From Penicillus capitatus (lineage: Eukaryota > Plantae > Chlorophyta): a stretch of DNA of 64,000 nt. The position numbers and the translations under genes were made by a program. Positions 50,070-62,326 of this stretch are shown here, piece by piece. Location: positions 1,970,351 to 2,034,350 of the forward strand of contig OZ287697.1 of assembly GCA_965649825.1 (NCBI GenBank), written 5' to 3'. The notes beneath the pieces are model-generated. The model had not been told where the DNA came from. It saw only the letters and a program-made list of their open reading frames with translations, and searched no databases. Each line of letters starts with the position of its first letter. Within the stretch, counting starts at the first letter, position 1.

Positions 50070-51821
50070 ATGAAGATGTCGATCGCTCGCAGCTTTTCGT
50101 CGTCAACGCCACCCGTGACGAAAGGGTGGAGCCGTACAGGGAAGATCCATGCTCGACGTCGAAAGGGTCAACGGCACGCACCACATACATTGCCAGTAAG
50201 CGGCGAAGATTCGAGTGGAGGGGGCGGCGATGTGCTCGTGTTAGTTCGTTCGGTGGTCTGACCGGTATTCGAAATGTCGCGCTTCTGAAGATCCTGAAGA
50301 GACACCCTTGATTCAACTGGACCTTGACGACGCGCTGAAGATCGGTCTGACAGGGACCCTTGGAACATTGGCTATCTTTTTTGGTCGATTGTTGGACATC
50401 GATCCCTTTGGCAACATCCATTTGAGCGTCTTTGACTTTCTCATTGGAGCCGAATGTGCCATTCCTTTCGTCCTCATGCAGCTCATTGTGTTTCGCTACG
50501 AGCGGCCGATGCCGCCGGCGATGGAGAAGAAAGAAAACGAAAGGGATGAGATTCAGCGCCAGCAACCATTCCTTGCAACGTCCACCTTCGACCGCCGGTT
50601 GTCGAAAAGAGTGAGATTGATGTGACAGGCGACAAAACAGTGAGATGGATATCGTCTATGGCGCCTTCCGGACATACAGGAGTGCTCGACAGATAGAATG
50701 GCGAATGTACTTCCGATCCTCTCCGTTGCAGAACGTAAGATTCATCTACCGACAACACAAAATCTCGTACAGACCGTCGTCTGGTCTAGTTTCTCCTTGG
50801 GCTGGTGGGCATGGTGTCAACAGAGATGCTGACGACAGCGGTGGGTTTGACAGTAACAGGCAATTGGTTTCGAGACAGACTGTTTGAAGCGGGAGGAGAT
50901 CATATATTTGCCGTGATGAACCTCGATGCCGATATCGTTGGAAAAAGGTACGCGTCCTCCACGAAGTGAATCCCCCTCCCCACTGTTGCGCGCTTCTAGT
51001 TCTGCTCTGTGCGGTCTACTGGTGGCCGGTGTGAGCGTGATATTCATAAAAACTGCACGGCCGCTTTTGTTGGAACCCGGTAACAAAGATGTGCAGAAGG
51101 CTCTGGACCAATATGTAAGTACGTCTCGCAGCCGGTTGGTCGCCCAAGTTGTGAAGGATGCCGTCGCCCGTCAGAAACTGAAACAGGTTCTGCAAGAAGT
51201 CCTGAGACTTGTCCAACGCGTGCGTGTGCCTCATGGGTTTCAGTCTCTAAGCATGTTTCCTGACTTTAGGTTTCAGCTTCGGCAGCGTTTATTGTCACTG
51301 GCAATCTGTTGTCCGCTCTCAGCGTGCGAGCCATCAACGCATTCACAGAGAAGGTCCTGATCGATGAGGAAATAGCGAGGACAGATGGATGGATGGAGGA
51401 ACTTATACAGTCGCAAACGGACAACCCCCGACGGACAATTTTGCAGACCGTTCAGAGCGGTGCCTATCGATCACTCAAATCTAAGCTTCGTCAAAAGGTC
51501 GAAGAGGGCGAAGGGAAGTCGTCCGCAACAGAAGCGACGGAACAAAGCGAACCGAAAGGCGAGATGACGAGCGTGGAACTCGATCTGAACCTATCCAGCT
51601 TACTCATCGTCTTTCGCCGTTTGGCGTCCGATGTCGACGAAGAGCTTAAGCTCCGCGATCCAGAATCTTCGGATTTTCACGCGTTGATGGATGAGAAGTG
51701 TGAGATCGAGACACTGTTGGAACGCGGTGCGAAACTGCCAAGCGACGACAAGGACAGGCCAGCCATACGACTGAACTTTCATCGAGATGTCAAAGACCGT
51801 TACAAAGGTGGCAAGAAATGA
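50070..51821 (+). CDS. Probable plastid membrane protein, CPBP/Abi (CAAX-protease)-like; multi-exon
   Basis: Transit-like N-terminus, then LDIDPFGNIHLS..LIGAECAIP, STEMLTTAVG..GNWFRDRLFEAG, AFIVTGNLLSALSV and a coiled-coil tail. Confidence 0.6.
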
Positions 51822-51905
51822 AGAGAAAAAATGGTCCCGCAACAAGCCGTCCCGCTAAATCGTCTATCTCGCGTTCTTTTCCGCATCACAGATTTTGTAA
51901 AACCT

Positions 51906-53021
51906 TCAGCTTTCCTGCGAGAACAGAGATGGCACCGTGGGCTCAGTGGGAGGCAACGATCGTACTTGAGAATCGGAGTCGTTGTCGGTGCTCGTCGATT
52001 CTTCGCTCGAAGAGTCGTCGTCTTCATCCGGATCCAACAGTTTTTTGGGGGTCTCTTGAGGCGGCGGCGTTTTCTTTTTCTTCTTTTCTCCTTCGTTGTT
52101 CTCTTTGGACGTCTCCATTTGAACCTGAGTCTCATCAAAGGTATGAGACGATGGGGTCAGGGTCGATTGCTTGAGCTTATGCTTCTTCTCAGGCAGCTCT
52201 GTATTCTTGCTGACGTCTACTTTCGGTTTGCCATTCTTCAACGATCGTTTCTTCACAGGTCTCGCTTTTTTCTCGCTCGTAATGGAGGATTCCGCCATCG
52301 GCGTTGTCTGACGAGCCCCCTCTTGGACAGCAGGAGGCGACACCGTTCTCTCGGGCGTCGGTCCTTTGTGCGCTGTCACCTCAGCCGGATTCGATTCCTT
52401 CGCCTTCTTCGCTGCTTTTCCAGAATGCACTTCCTCTTCCGTTCCCTCTTCCACATGAACCTGTCCATCCTGCGCCGTCTCGCGTTCTTCAACACCTTTC
52501 ATCGTCGTCTTGCGTTTGGAACCGCCTTTCGAGCGCTTGTACGTTGCTGTTGCACGGATCTCAGATCGCTGTTCATCATTTGTCTTCTACATACACACGA
52601 ACCAACTCGACCCCATATCTATCATCTCCAAGAAATGCGCCTACCGGTTGGATAGTCGCCCGTACGTAAATCGAGTCTTCAAACGACAGATCACCGAAAT
52701 CTACATCGCACGTCCACCTGTCTGCGACCTCGAATCCGCACAGGAGTAGGTCATTGACCTTTGACACGAAAGAAGGGTGGGACGATCCAGTCGACAGATG
52801 GACGACTGCCGAGCAACTCAACGTGCTTCACTTCAAGTTCTGTCCCTTTCAGAAAGAGCTCCGTCACTTGTTCTGCACCCAACCGTCGCATCGGCAACGA
52901 GCGCCGTCGTGGCGGCTGCCTTGCCGTAGATCTTGTCGAATTTCTGGTCCTGCGTCAGCCTTGTGACGAATCCTTTTTTGAAGTGTTCGCAGTAGACAAA
53001 GATGCATCGCGAGACAGACAT
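51906..53021 (-). CDS. Hypothetical protein: small ubiquitin-like N-terminal domain plus a Lys/Ser/Glu low-complexity tail
   Basis: Model: MSVSRCIFVYCEHFKKGFVTRLTQDQKFDKIY|EQVTELFLKG..|VNDLLLCGFEVADRWTC..FEDSIYVRATIQP|KTNDEQ... The first intron needs a GC donor. Confidence 0.5.
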
Positions 53022-53382
53022 GGCGTCGCTGACAGATGGCGTTCGTTATTTCGAATAGGTCTGGGAAATAGATGGATGGCTCGATGTTCTGATGAGAAAG
53101 ACACGACAGATGTCAAATCATAAAGAACAGAGGTGTTGCATCAGCGTTTAGAACTGTCGGTCTGTCCGTCTGTCTTGCAGTCATGAACCAGCAAAATCGA
53201 ATGCTTCAAATCCTGGACGGTGTCTGTATGGCTCGAAGAAGAATGCTGCTTGCCTGTCTGCCTGTCTCATCATCATCAATGAATGAATCATATTAAACAT
53301 TTCTAGCGAACATTCTTACGGACAACACAGAGAACTCCTTGCATCAGCATGCTCATCGCCAGCATCACCGTCATGGCAGCCG

Positions 53383-56114
53383 TCATTCCGGGAAAGGGAT
53401 GTCTGCGGTGCTGTCCAGCAACTTCGTCAGTGTTTTTCGCAATTGGGGAGCCATTTTGGCAGCCAGTGCCAAGAATTGCTCCAGCCCATGGTGCGTAATC
53501 ATCACTGAGCTCTTTTCCAAGGTAAACATCACACACCGTTGCCCAAGCTGTGGGGCATTAAAGGATTCGGAGAGCTCGTAGATATCGAAGATATTCTCCG
53601 TTGAGATGGAATCAGAAATGGCTTCTTCACAGAGACCTTTGAGCCCTTCCAGCAGATACTGATCTGACGCTCTCAGCAGATCTTGAGCCAACTCCACTGG
53701 CACTTCGACTTGACCCGTATAGGTATAACGCATCATCAATTCAAATACATCGTAGCGTATGTTAGGGATTTCAATCGAATGCGCATTCTTTTCCTTGTAT
53801 CCTCCAGCAAACATAGCTCTGAAGGCATTGGAAGAAGCTAACAGCGCTATTCTATGTGCATGAAATGTCTTATCCTCCACAATAAACACGACATCTGCCA
53901 GCGTCGGACTGTTGACGTACTCTTCGCCGAGGTAAACAGATTTGACAGGCTGTTCTGGAGCGGATTCGATAGGAGCAGTAGATTTAATCTACAGAAAGAC
54001 AGACATCCAATGATGATATCTCTTAGATGCATGTATGCACGGCATGGATGGAGGGGGAGGGAGGCTCACGTTCGTAGCAAGTTCAAAAAGTGCTGTCGTT
54101 GCTTCTACAGCTTCGTCTAAGGAACCGTTGGAGGACGTCAATTTCTCCAGCAGAACATCCAGCCCTCTGTGATCTGAGAAGATAGTTTTCAAGTCCTTCG
54201 CAGGCGCCAGTCGTGCAAATGCTGTGGCGATGCGTTGTTGCACAGTTTTATTCTGCGATCTTAGTTGATACAGCAGCTGTCCCAGTACGCGACCCTGAAG
54301 CTTCTCTTCAAGACGTTTAACAGTCTTCTGTACACAGTCTTTAGACGCTTGCACGATCAGTTCGGCTTTGATCAGTCGATGATAGCCGCCTTCCTTAATG
54401 ATCGAGCATACATTATCTTCATTATCTGCCAATCCGTACAGTGCAAAGGCAGCATTGTGTTGAAGATTCGAGTTTCTGGATTCGAGGAGGTCAAGAAGAG
54501 GAGATAAACCCCCCAAATGTAAAATGCCTGCTTGATTGTCAGAGTCTTGAGCCAATCGGCCCAATGCAAAAGCTGCCATCTCTCTCAGTTGAGTATCTAG
54601 ACAGGACAGACAGAGATGTCATCGACCGCTTGACTCACAGGAATCTTTTCAACGATTCCCCGAGACGATTTGCCGATTTTTGCTTTCTCCTCTGGCCTCA
54701 TGTACCCGAATGCCGGAAAAGAGAAACATCCAAGACATGTATGTGAGGAAGACGGACGTATCGAGATCAAAAGTGTGACATCACTCACCTGGATTGCTTA
54801 ACATGTTAATCAAAGGAGGGACAGCGCCTCTTTGTACAATCTTGGCTTTGTAATCTGGATCCACAGTCGCAAACTGCCCCAACAGCAATGCCGCCTCGCG
54901 TTGGCTCTCGCCACATGGAGATTGCAGCAAACTAATCACAGGTTGCAATGCTCCAGCTTCCAGTACCTAAGCCACACGAGAGATCACATCTGGCGGCTGG
55001 ATCCATCCAACAATGCATGTACTTGTTTCTTAATGTTGTTCGACGAATGCACAAGATTACCGATGACCCCCACTGCTTCGTAGTGCACAGCTAGAGACAC
55101 AAGACATCTGTTTGCAGGTAAAGGCATTCCCTGTCATCTCTCACCCGACTCTTCAGCAGTGAGCATCCTAATGAGCAATGCCAGAGCTCCTTGTTGCACA
55201 ATTTGCTGTTTGTTTTCTTCATTTTTGAAGGCAAGTGTGCGCAGAGCTCCGGCTGCTGCTCTTTGGACTTTGGCGTCCCACGATTCCAGCAATGCCACCA
55301 GAGGAGGAATTCCTCCCTTAATTCTGACCAGATTCTTGACATAGACATTCTCGTGGGCCAGATTCGTCATCGCATCAGCAGCCCTCCGAGCCACGCCACT
55401 ACTTTTCATCGGCGATTTGGCATTCGGAATCTTGGGATGTGTCTGAATCAGACTGACGAAGCAATCCAGCGCACCTGAATCCGCAATGCTTTGTTGATAT
55501 TCTGCTTTCACAGCCATCAGCCCCAAAATAAAACACGTATCCTTCGCCGCTTCATCCTCGCTGACACACGCACCAACCACCTCGCATCGACCGCTCTCGG
55601 AGTAACAGAAACAAACCTCCATCCATTCCACGTCTCTCCGGGTCGCGACAGGGTCTGTGGGTCCAATTCTAGAAAAGGAACAAGAGTGCCTATACCGCCT
55701 TCATTCACAACTGTTTCCACATTTGCTTCTAGAAAACGAAAGCGACAGATGAAAAAACGCCTCTTCTTTCGCTTCGTGCATACCAGACTTGCAGAGATCT
55801 GCCAAACTGTGCAGCAGTTTCTTTAGATGTGGCCCCTCAACGACACGCGTCTGCTTCTCCTCTTTGAACTTTTGCAGCAAATTGAGACATTGTACGACTT
55901 CCATTGTCATTGTCGCGGCGCGTTCAGCTGGGTTTAGGTTCAACTCAAGCAATTTCCTCTTGGAACCTTTGCGTTCGTTCTTCGACCCCTTCGTTGACGA
56001 GGGGTGGTTCATAGCACAGTCCAAATTCGCGCCGTCAACCTTCGAAACGCAACACGTAGTCTCGTCAGGTCGAAGTTTGCACGACGTTTGGTTTACCTCG
56101 ACTGTAGCAGTCAA
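53383..56114 (-). CDS. ARIA: ARM-repeat + BTB protein, ARIA/ABAP1 homolog; multi-exon
   Basis: ERKGSKRKL, RRAADAMTNLAHEN, GGIPPLVALL..VQRAAAGALRTLAFKN, AFALGRLAQDSDNQAGI, LQHNAAFALYGLADNED, and BTB HAHRIALLASSNAFRAMF. Confidence 0.95.
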
Positions 56115-57370
56115 GTATGCGTGGAAACGGATAAGGAGGTATAGTCAATAGCCGCTCTTGTCAGCGCTAATGAAGTCGATGATGAGCCGAGTACGATTCT
56201 TGAATGGTGTGAATAAGGAAAGACAAAACACGCGGCACGAGAAAGAATCGCGTTGACGCAAACGACTTCTGCTGAAGAGTTAAAATGAAAAGATGTCACA
56301 TCTCGCAGTAAAGGATGCTTGCTTGGTACATGTCGTACTCGATGAGAGTGCCCTGCGAATCAGAAAAGGCGCCAGATCGCAGGACACGTCGAGATGACAG
56401 AAATAGAAACGAAAGTTCGTCAACAGGTGGACAGGTACTTCTCTTTTGAGAAACGGCAGCAGTGCCATATCAGATCGGCGGCGCAAGGAATTGCAGCGTT
56501 ACGCTGACGGGACAGGTCAAAAAGAACCTGTTTACTTCAGGATGCCGCTGCCGTGGCTGGCGTAACTCCGACACGACTGCGCTGTGTGCCTGTTTCGACG
56601 CATTCACCGGTGTCTAGTTCTTTGCAGCGCTGTGCGATCGCCCGGGGAGAAAATATAGACTTGTGGACGGTCCATTCCATTCGCTGACGTCTTTTCGTGA
56701 CGCCCGACGTCATTCTGATTGTATAGGGCCTGAATACCAAGCCCTTCGTTCGGACCCCGTTGTAATTCCCTTGCTGTTTGCGCTCTTTTCGTGCGTACCG
56801 AGAAAGCAAAGCAGTTGATGCTGCCGTGAAAGATTCACGTTGTTAGGCACCAGGGTTTTAGACAGCAAAGGTAAGATTTAAAGAATGAAGCAACACGTGG
56901 TGCTTATACAGACTAGTCGTCGTAGTATGCAGTGCTGAACGGACTTCGTGATGAGCCTTTCAGACGGCGACTCAAAATGAAAAAGAGGCAAAGGCGAATG
57001 CAGGTTCATTCCATATGTGAACGAACGGGGAACATGAAAAGTAATGTTTCAAAAGATATCCAGTATTTAAAAGCCTTGGTTTTTTTTTCATCTCGTGTAA
57101 ACATGGAAAACATCATCCTTGCTTACAGATGTCTGTGTCATCAGTCAGCTCGCTTTACATTTCCGCGACAGGTCACATACTCGTCCACCAATAAGCGTTT
57201 AGAAACACAGGAAGGAGGGAGGATGCATTTTCTTTATTGTGATCATCAAGGCATCTGTTGGTACTGGTGGAGAATCATCAACTTTGATTAGCAGTCAGCA
57301 GATATGAAATAAATGTACACATATGCCGTGTGTGACTTCTTGGCGCTGAAACAAAAAGTGAGAAGGTTTT

Positions 57371-58904
57371 TTACTCCTGAGTCGTCATGTGTTCTTTTTC
57401 GATATCGTCTGGATCACCATTCACAGACAAAGCGTAAGCGGCACTCGCAGTAGGACGGTGTTTTTCTGGTATGCCATGGATCGACGCATTCAAACCATGC
57501 ATCTCTTCAACTTCGCCCACTCGGAGTTTACCATAATAGTCCAGCACACCAAAAAGAGCGAAATTAATGCTACATGTCCAAAAAGCGATGACAAGTGTGC
57601 CTAGTATCTGAATGCTAAGTTGGCGACCATCGCCGCCATAGAATAGTCCATAATCGGTATGCCCTTCAAAAATGTATAATTGGTTCAGTGAATGTCTGCG
57701 TCTGAATGGACGTTTACCTGCTCTGAAGCCAGTGTACGCTCTCGCGACGTTCGTTTCTGTTGCGAAAAGGCCAACCGCGATCGTTCCGATAAGACCTGGT
57801 GCAAAATGCACCGCCGATGCTTCTAGCGGGTCGTCGACCCGCATTCGGAGAAGGAAGATGGCAAATGCGTAGTAGAGACCACCGCTGGCAATGCCGATTA
57901 TGACAGCGGCGAAAGGTTCAACGACGGCACAGCCAGCCGTAATGCCAACAAGACCGGCAAGGAGACCATTTAGACCTGGAGCAATCTGTATGCGATGCCC
58001 TTGAATAAAATGAACAAAGAGCACAGTCATGGACCCAGCTGCAGCGCTCAGTGTTGTATTCACAGCCGCCAGCGAGGCAGTGACCATGCAGTCCTTCACG
58101 CAGACCCCGGAGGATGAGTTGAAGGCATACCAACCAAACCATAAAATGAAGGAACCAAGCATAATCAGAGACTGGTCATTAGATCGAACTTCGGTCGGAT
58201 TTCCATTGGCTTCGAAGCGTCCAATTCGAGGTCCAAGAAACCAGGCAGCAAAGAAAGCCGCACCTCCTCCCGTGACGTGTACAACGCTTGAACCGGCAAA
58301 GTCGAGTAGGCCAAGGGATCCTTCGAATGTTCGATTTTCTTTTCCAGCAGAGAGCCATCCGTCGTCTGACCACACCCAGTGGACAACAACGGGATAAACG
58401 AAGCCCGTGATGACTACTGTGTAGATGACGTAGGCCTGGTATCGACATCTTTCTGCAGCAGCGCCAGACACAATCGTGGCGGATGTTGCTGCAAAAGCCC
58501 ATTGGAAAATCCAATGCGAGTAGAACTTGGGATTGTCTGACGTCTCGACGCCGGCCATGAAGAAATTCGAGCCGCCGATGAAGCTGCGAATGCTTTTATT
58601 GCCTTCACCGAATGCAATGGGATAACCAAACGCCCACCATATCAGCGCGGCGACACACGAATCTAAGAGATTCTGCCAGATGCATCCACAGTCGTCGACG
58701 ACGCTATGTCTGTACTTAAGGTACCTTGAGAAGGATGTTCACAGTGTTCTGTTTTCGGACGGTTCCAGCTTCTAACATGGAGAATCCGCATTGCATAAAG
58801 AAGACGAGGTATGCACCGATGAGCGTCCATAGAATATCCAAATCAACCAAAAACGAGGACGCATCGCCGTCGTCGCTGCTGTTAACGAGGTGTTTTTCGG
58901 GCAT
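57371..58904 (-). CDS. AMT: Ammonium transporter, AMT1 family, copy 2; 2 introns, the second an in-frame 51-nt intron
   Basis: Same motifs and the same intron positions as copy 1 (after NILLK and after FRAG/FQEG). Confidence 0.97.
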
Positions 58905-60932
58905 AGGGTTAGGAATACTAGTCAAATGCGCAGAAGACAAAGAAGACTGGTTCGGGGCTTAACCTCCGAGTCTTCTCGGGATTACTAGGCACCTTCGGCG
59001 CATGCCGACCAGTCGTAAGGGACGCGTCAACCAACATTCTAACTGTCGACATCGCGGCCCCGTCGACTGTGCAGCATTCGATGCGTATAATGTCCGCGGT
59101 TTTCGACGCAGCGGACGGACGTCGCCAGCTGGATATGGAGGGAAAATAATGATCAAATCCAAAACAAACCTGTAAGGCACGAACAGCGCTTGGCGAACGA
59201 GAAGAAAATGCGTTTTCTGCACACCGAGGATCACCTCGAATTTTGTGCGTTTTTGCGAACATAGGTCGTTTTCATTGCGGTTAACAAAACTAGATGAAAG
59301 AGAAATGCCATGAGAAAGCACCAGTCTTGTCCTTGTTGCTAAGAGATAGATACAGTCACCTGTATCGTATTCAAGAATGAAGACATAAGTGAGGAATGGT
59401 GGCGATACTGAGCCAAGCGAACAAATGTAGCAGCCTCTTACAATACATGAGCATGTTTGTACTATTTCAACGTGAAAGGTTAAAAATATGACAATAACGT
59501 TGAACTAAAGTAAAGTCGAGGACGGATGGACGATTCAGGCGAGTCTAATGGGGCATGAGATCGTCTGTTGTCCGTCTCGAAGTATGACAGCTGCACCGGA
59601 ACGCTAATACGCGCTTTGAACTAAAACAGTGGGTTATGCTCGACTGAATCGAGCAAACTAATCGGACGTCGCTAGCGACACTGCATGTTGGAAATTGTGT
59701 ATCAATTCAAAACATCGGGCTTGTATACTAATGTTTTCTTCACCTAACAACTGTAAACTTTATGCTGTGTTTAGTAATGATAACACTGAAAGTTGATGCG
59801 AAAGTCGACAATACCGTCGTCCTGGCGAATTGAATTCCAGAATAGACTAATGACAAACGGGACAGCTTCGTTTAAAGACCAACCAGCCTTTAAACACGTA
59901 GTGTAAACTTAATGTCCGTAAGCTAGGGTACATACATCCAACACGCTTCATGTGATGAAGCTTTTCGTCGATGTGACGAGAAATATATATTGCCGATGGT
60001 TACTTAAAAAAGAAAACATTGAAGAATTCAGAAATATATGCACCTTATGTCCTTTAATTTCGATCGACAGGCTTAAGTTACGGTCTACAGTTTTTCTGAG
60101 AACAGCATCGTTATTAAGTGCAGAGGATCTCTCCACGCTGGCACTTTGGAGGGTTTCTCCACAAAACTCTCTCTCCAACATCTGTCTCGTTGTCAACTAG
60201 TAATCTAAACCAAAATTGCCGTTAAAAATCGATGCTGGAAAACGTACCTTTCTAGGCGGCGTCTCGGCGCAAAAATGGTGATCGCAAAGGATAGAATGAT
60301 CATGAAAGAGACTATTAAAATTCCAGCAGTCGTCTCTCTCCCAAAGTTGAAGCTCTGTATTACGTATGACGACCATCGTCATCATCATCGAGTGGAGTCG
60401 GACATCGATACCGCGATAACGAACAACGGACGGAGTATAAACGGTACGAACCAACGGAAAACGACTTGTGGCCGGCGTAAACATGCGATATAGCAAGTCG
60501 TCATCACCATTACCGTTAGTCATCTAACCACCGTTAAGTGGTCTTCATATTTCTCTAATCTTTCTTTGTGTATTTGTTCTTCGAATGCACGGAATTGTTC
60601 CTTTTACCATTCGCAACTCCGCTGTAATGAACTCAGGTACTCCAATAATTCATCAAAATATCTCTTTTGCATTGCTACATAGTCCCAAGAAGGGTAAAAT
60701 CGTAACCAGGCCGTGGTTTTGCCAAAAAATTCCTTCTACTTGAACGGGAAAGCCATCTCCACTTTGCGCAAAAGGTTTGCATGATGTTCTTCGGTTTTGT
60801 GATAGACTTCGTCATAAAATAGTTCAACAATATGAAATTGATAGTTATCGTTGCAAAAGTAACGAGGTCGTCTTCTTTTATGGTTTTGTTGTGACATTGG
60901 CACCATCTCTTGAAAGTTCTTTTGTGACACGT

Positions 60933-61049
60933 TGCACTATTAAAACGGAAACAAACTTAAACTAAGAAGTTGTAATAATGGTAATGTCCTTAATGTTTCC
61001 ATGTTCTTAAGGACCGCAGTCATATCATCTTGCAAAATAACACGACATG
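60933..61049. repeat. Direct repeat B, copy 1
   Basis: About 120 bp that aligns by eye to 62207-62326 (TTAAAACGGAAACA..CTTAAAC..ATGTTCTTAAGGACCGCAGTC..CATCT..CAAAATAACAC). Confidence 0.9.
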
Positions 61050-62206
61050 GGTCTTACCTAACTTCCTTGCCAAACTCCGAACCTTCATTGTAAATCTTAA
61101 TCAAAAACTCAGTCGTTGTTTGACTCGGTTGCTAATGCTGAACTGTCTGGCGATAGCGGTAATAAAAGTATCCTAACATTCCCATCACGAATAACAAACT
61201 GCGTAAGTGTCGTGTCAGTGATCCATTTACACCATTCGGCTTCTGCTGAAGTTCATCGGCATTTAATGTATTAGTCTCGCCTTTAAGTTTACCAAGAGTG
61301 GATAAACTGGTCACATCCAGAGAGCACAAGATGTTCTGTCTTCATAGCTTCGCCTTCAAGGATCGTCAGTGGACATTCTCTCGCTCGGTGACCTTTTTCT
61401 CTGCACTAATAACATCGACGCTACGTATGTTTGCGATTAGTCTCATCAACAGACTTTTCTGATTGCTTCTTTCTTCTTCTTCGACGAACTCGTTTAATGT
61501 CATAAAGAAATCGTTTTAATTGCGTCCAAATCTGTTTGTTCTATCGTTATATGTCTACGGACTTCTTCGCTCTGGCATTGTCTATCTAAAGTATCTTTAA
61601 CTTCATCAATGCAACTTCACACTGCAGTGACTGTAAACTAGTTGCGATCTCCGGGGTGCGAACAGACTTCTTCCGTGTTTTTTTATACGCAGCATTAACA
61701 GATCCCAACTCCTCAGTCATGGCTGCAATTTGAAGTGACAGATGTCAATTGTCTCGTATCTTGTTCTGTGTCTCCACATCGCTGTTCTTCACTGATCCTC
61801 GTGCTGCTTCAACGTCTTCTGTAAGCTTATCAATTGTTCTTTTCATATCGTTTATGGTGTCTTGGATTTCACCAAAGCAGACACAGGAGGCAAAGCAAAC
61901 TGGATATCACAATTATCAATGTACTGTAGAATACAGCCGTAAAACTGAGAGCCAACAACTTCGACTTCATATCTCAAAACTGGTACACGTGCTTTACCAC
62001 CGAATACGTTCGGGTTCCACTCTTTGTATATGACCATTATATCTTCTTCTTTCGAATCCTATGTTCATATTTTGTTGAGTATACTATGATCTTTAAAAGT
62101 CCTTCAATTGGCGGGCCCAAAACAAGTCTCGTCGAAGCACAAAGCGTCAAATCGCACGTACAAAGCGGAGAGAAATTGTAACGAAGTGCTTAACGCTCCG
62201 AAACCA

Positions 62207-62326
62207 TGCACTGTTAAAACGGAAACAGACTTAAACAAAGAACTTCGCAATAATGGCAATGTCGCTAATGTTTCTATGTTCTTAAGGACCGCAGTCGCGT
62301 CATCTGTCAAAATAACACACAACATG
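62207..62326. repeat. Direct repeat B, copy 2
   Basis: See copy 1. The minus-strand translation VILTDDATAVLKNIETLATLPLL compares with VILQDDMTAVLKNMETLRTLPLL in copy 1. Confidence 0.9.

Noticed and set aside
49951-50565. N-terminal ~200 codons of the 745-aa ORF
   Set aside because: They cross a microsatellite promoter and run antisense to exons of the plus-strand gene. The convincing protein starts at MEEKED (49950).
56290-56700. Plus-strand mini-gene (..DRRRKELQRYADG..)
   Set aside because: It would need two 25-nt introns, well below the ~38-65 nt seen elsewhere, and has no recognisable homology.
59948-60196. Retroviral aspartic-protease-like stretch (IEIKGHKVHIFLNSSMFSFLS)
   Set aside because: The catalytic D[ST]G is absent and I found no RT, RNase H or integrase motifs nearby. 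Too weak to call an LTR element.
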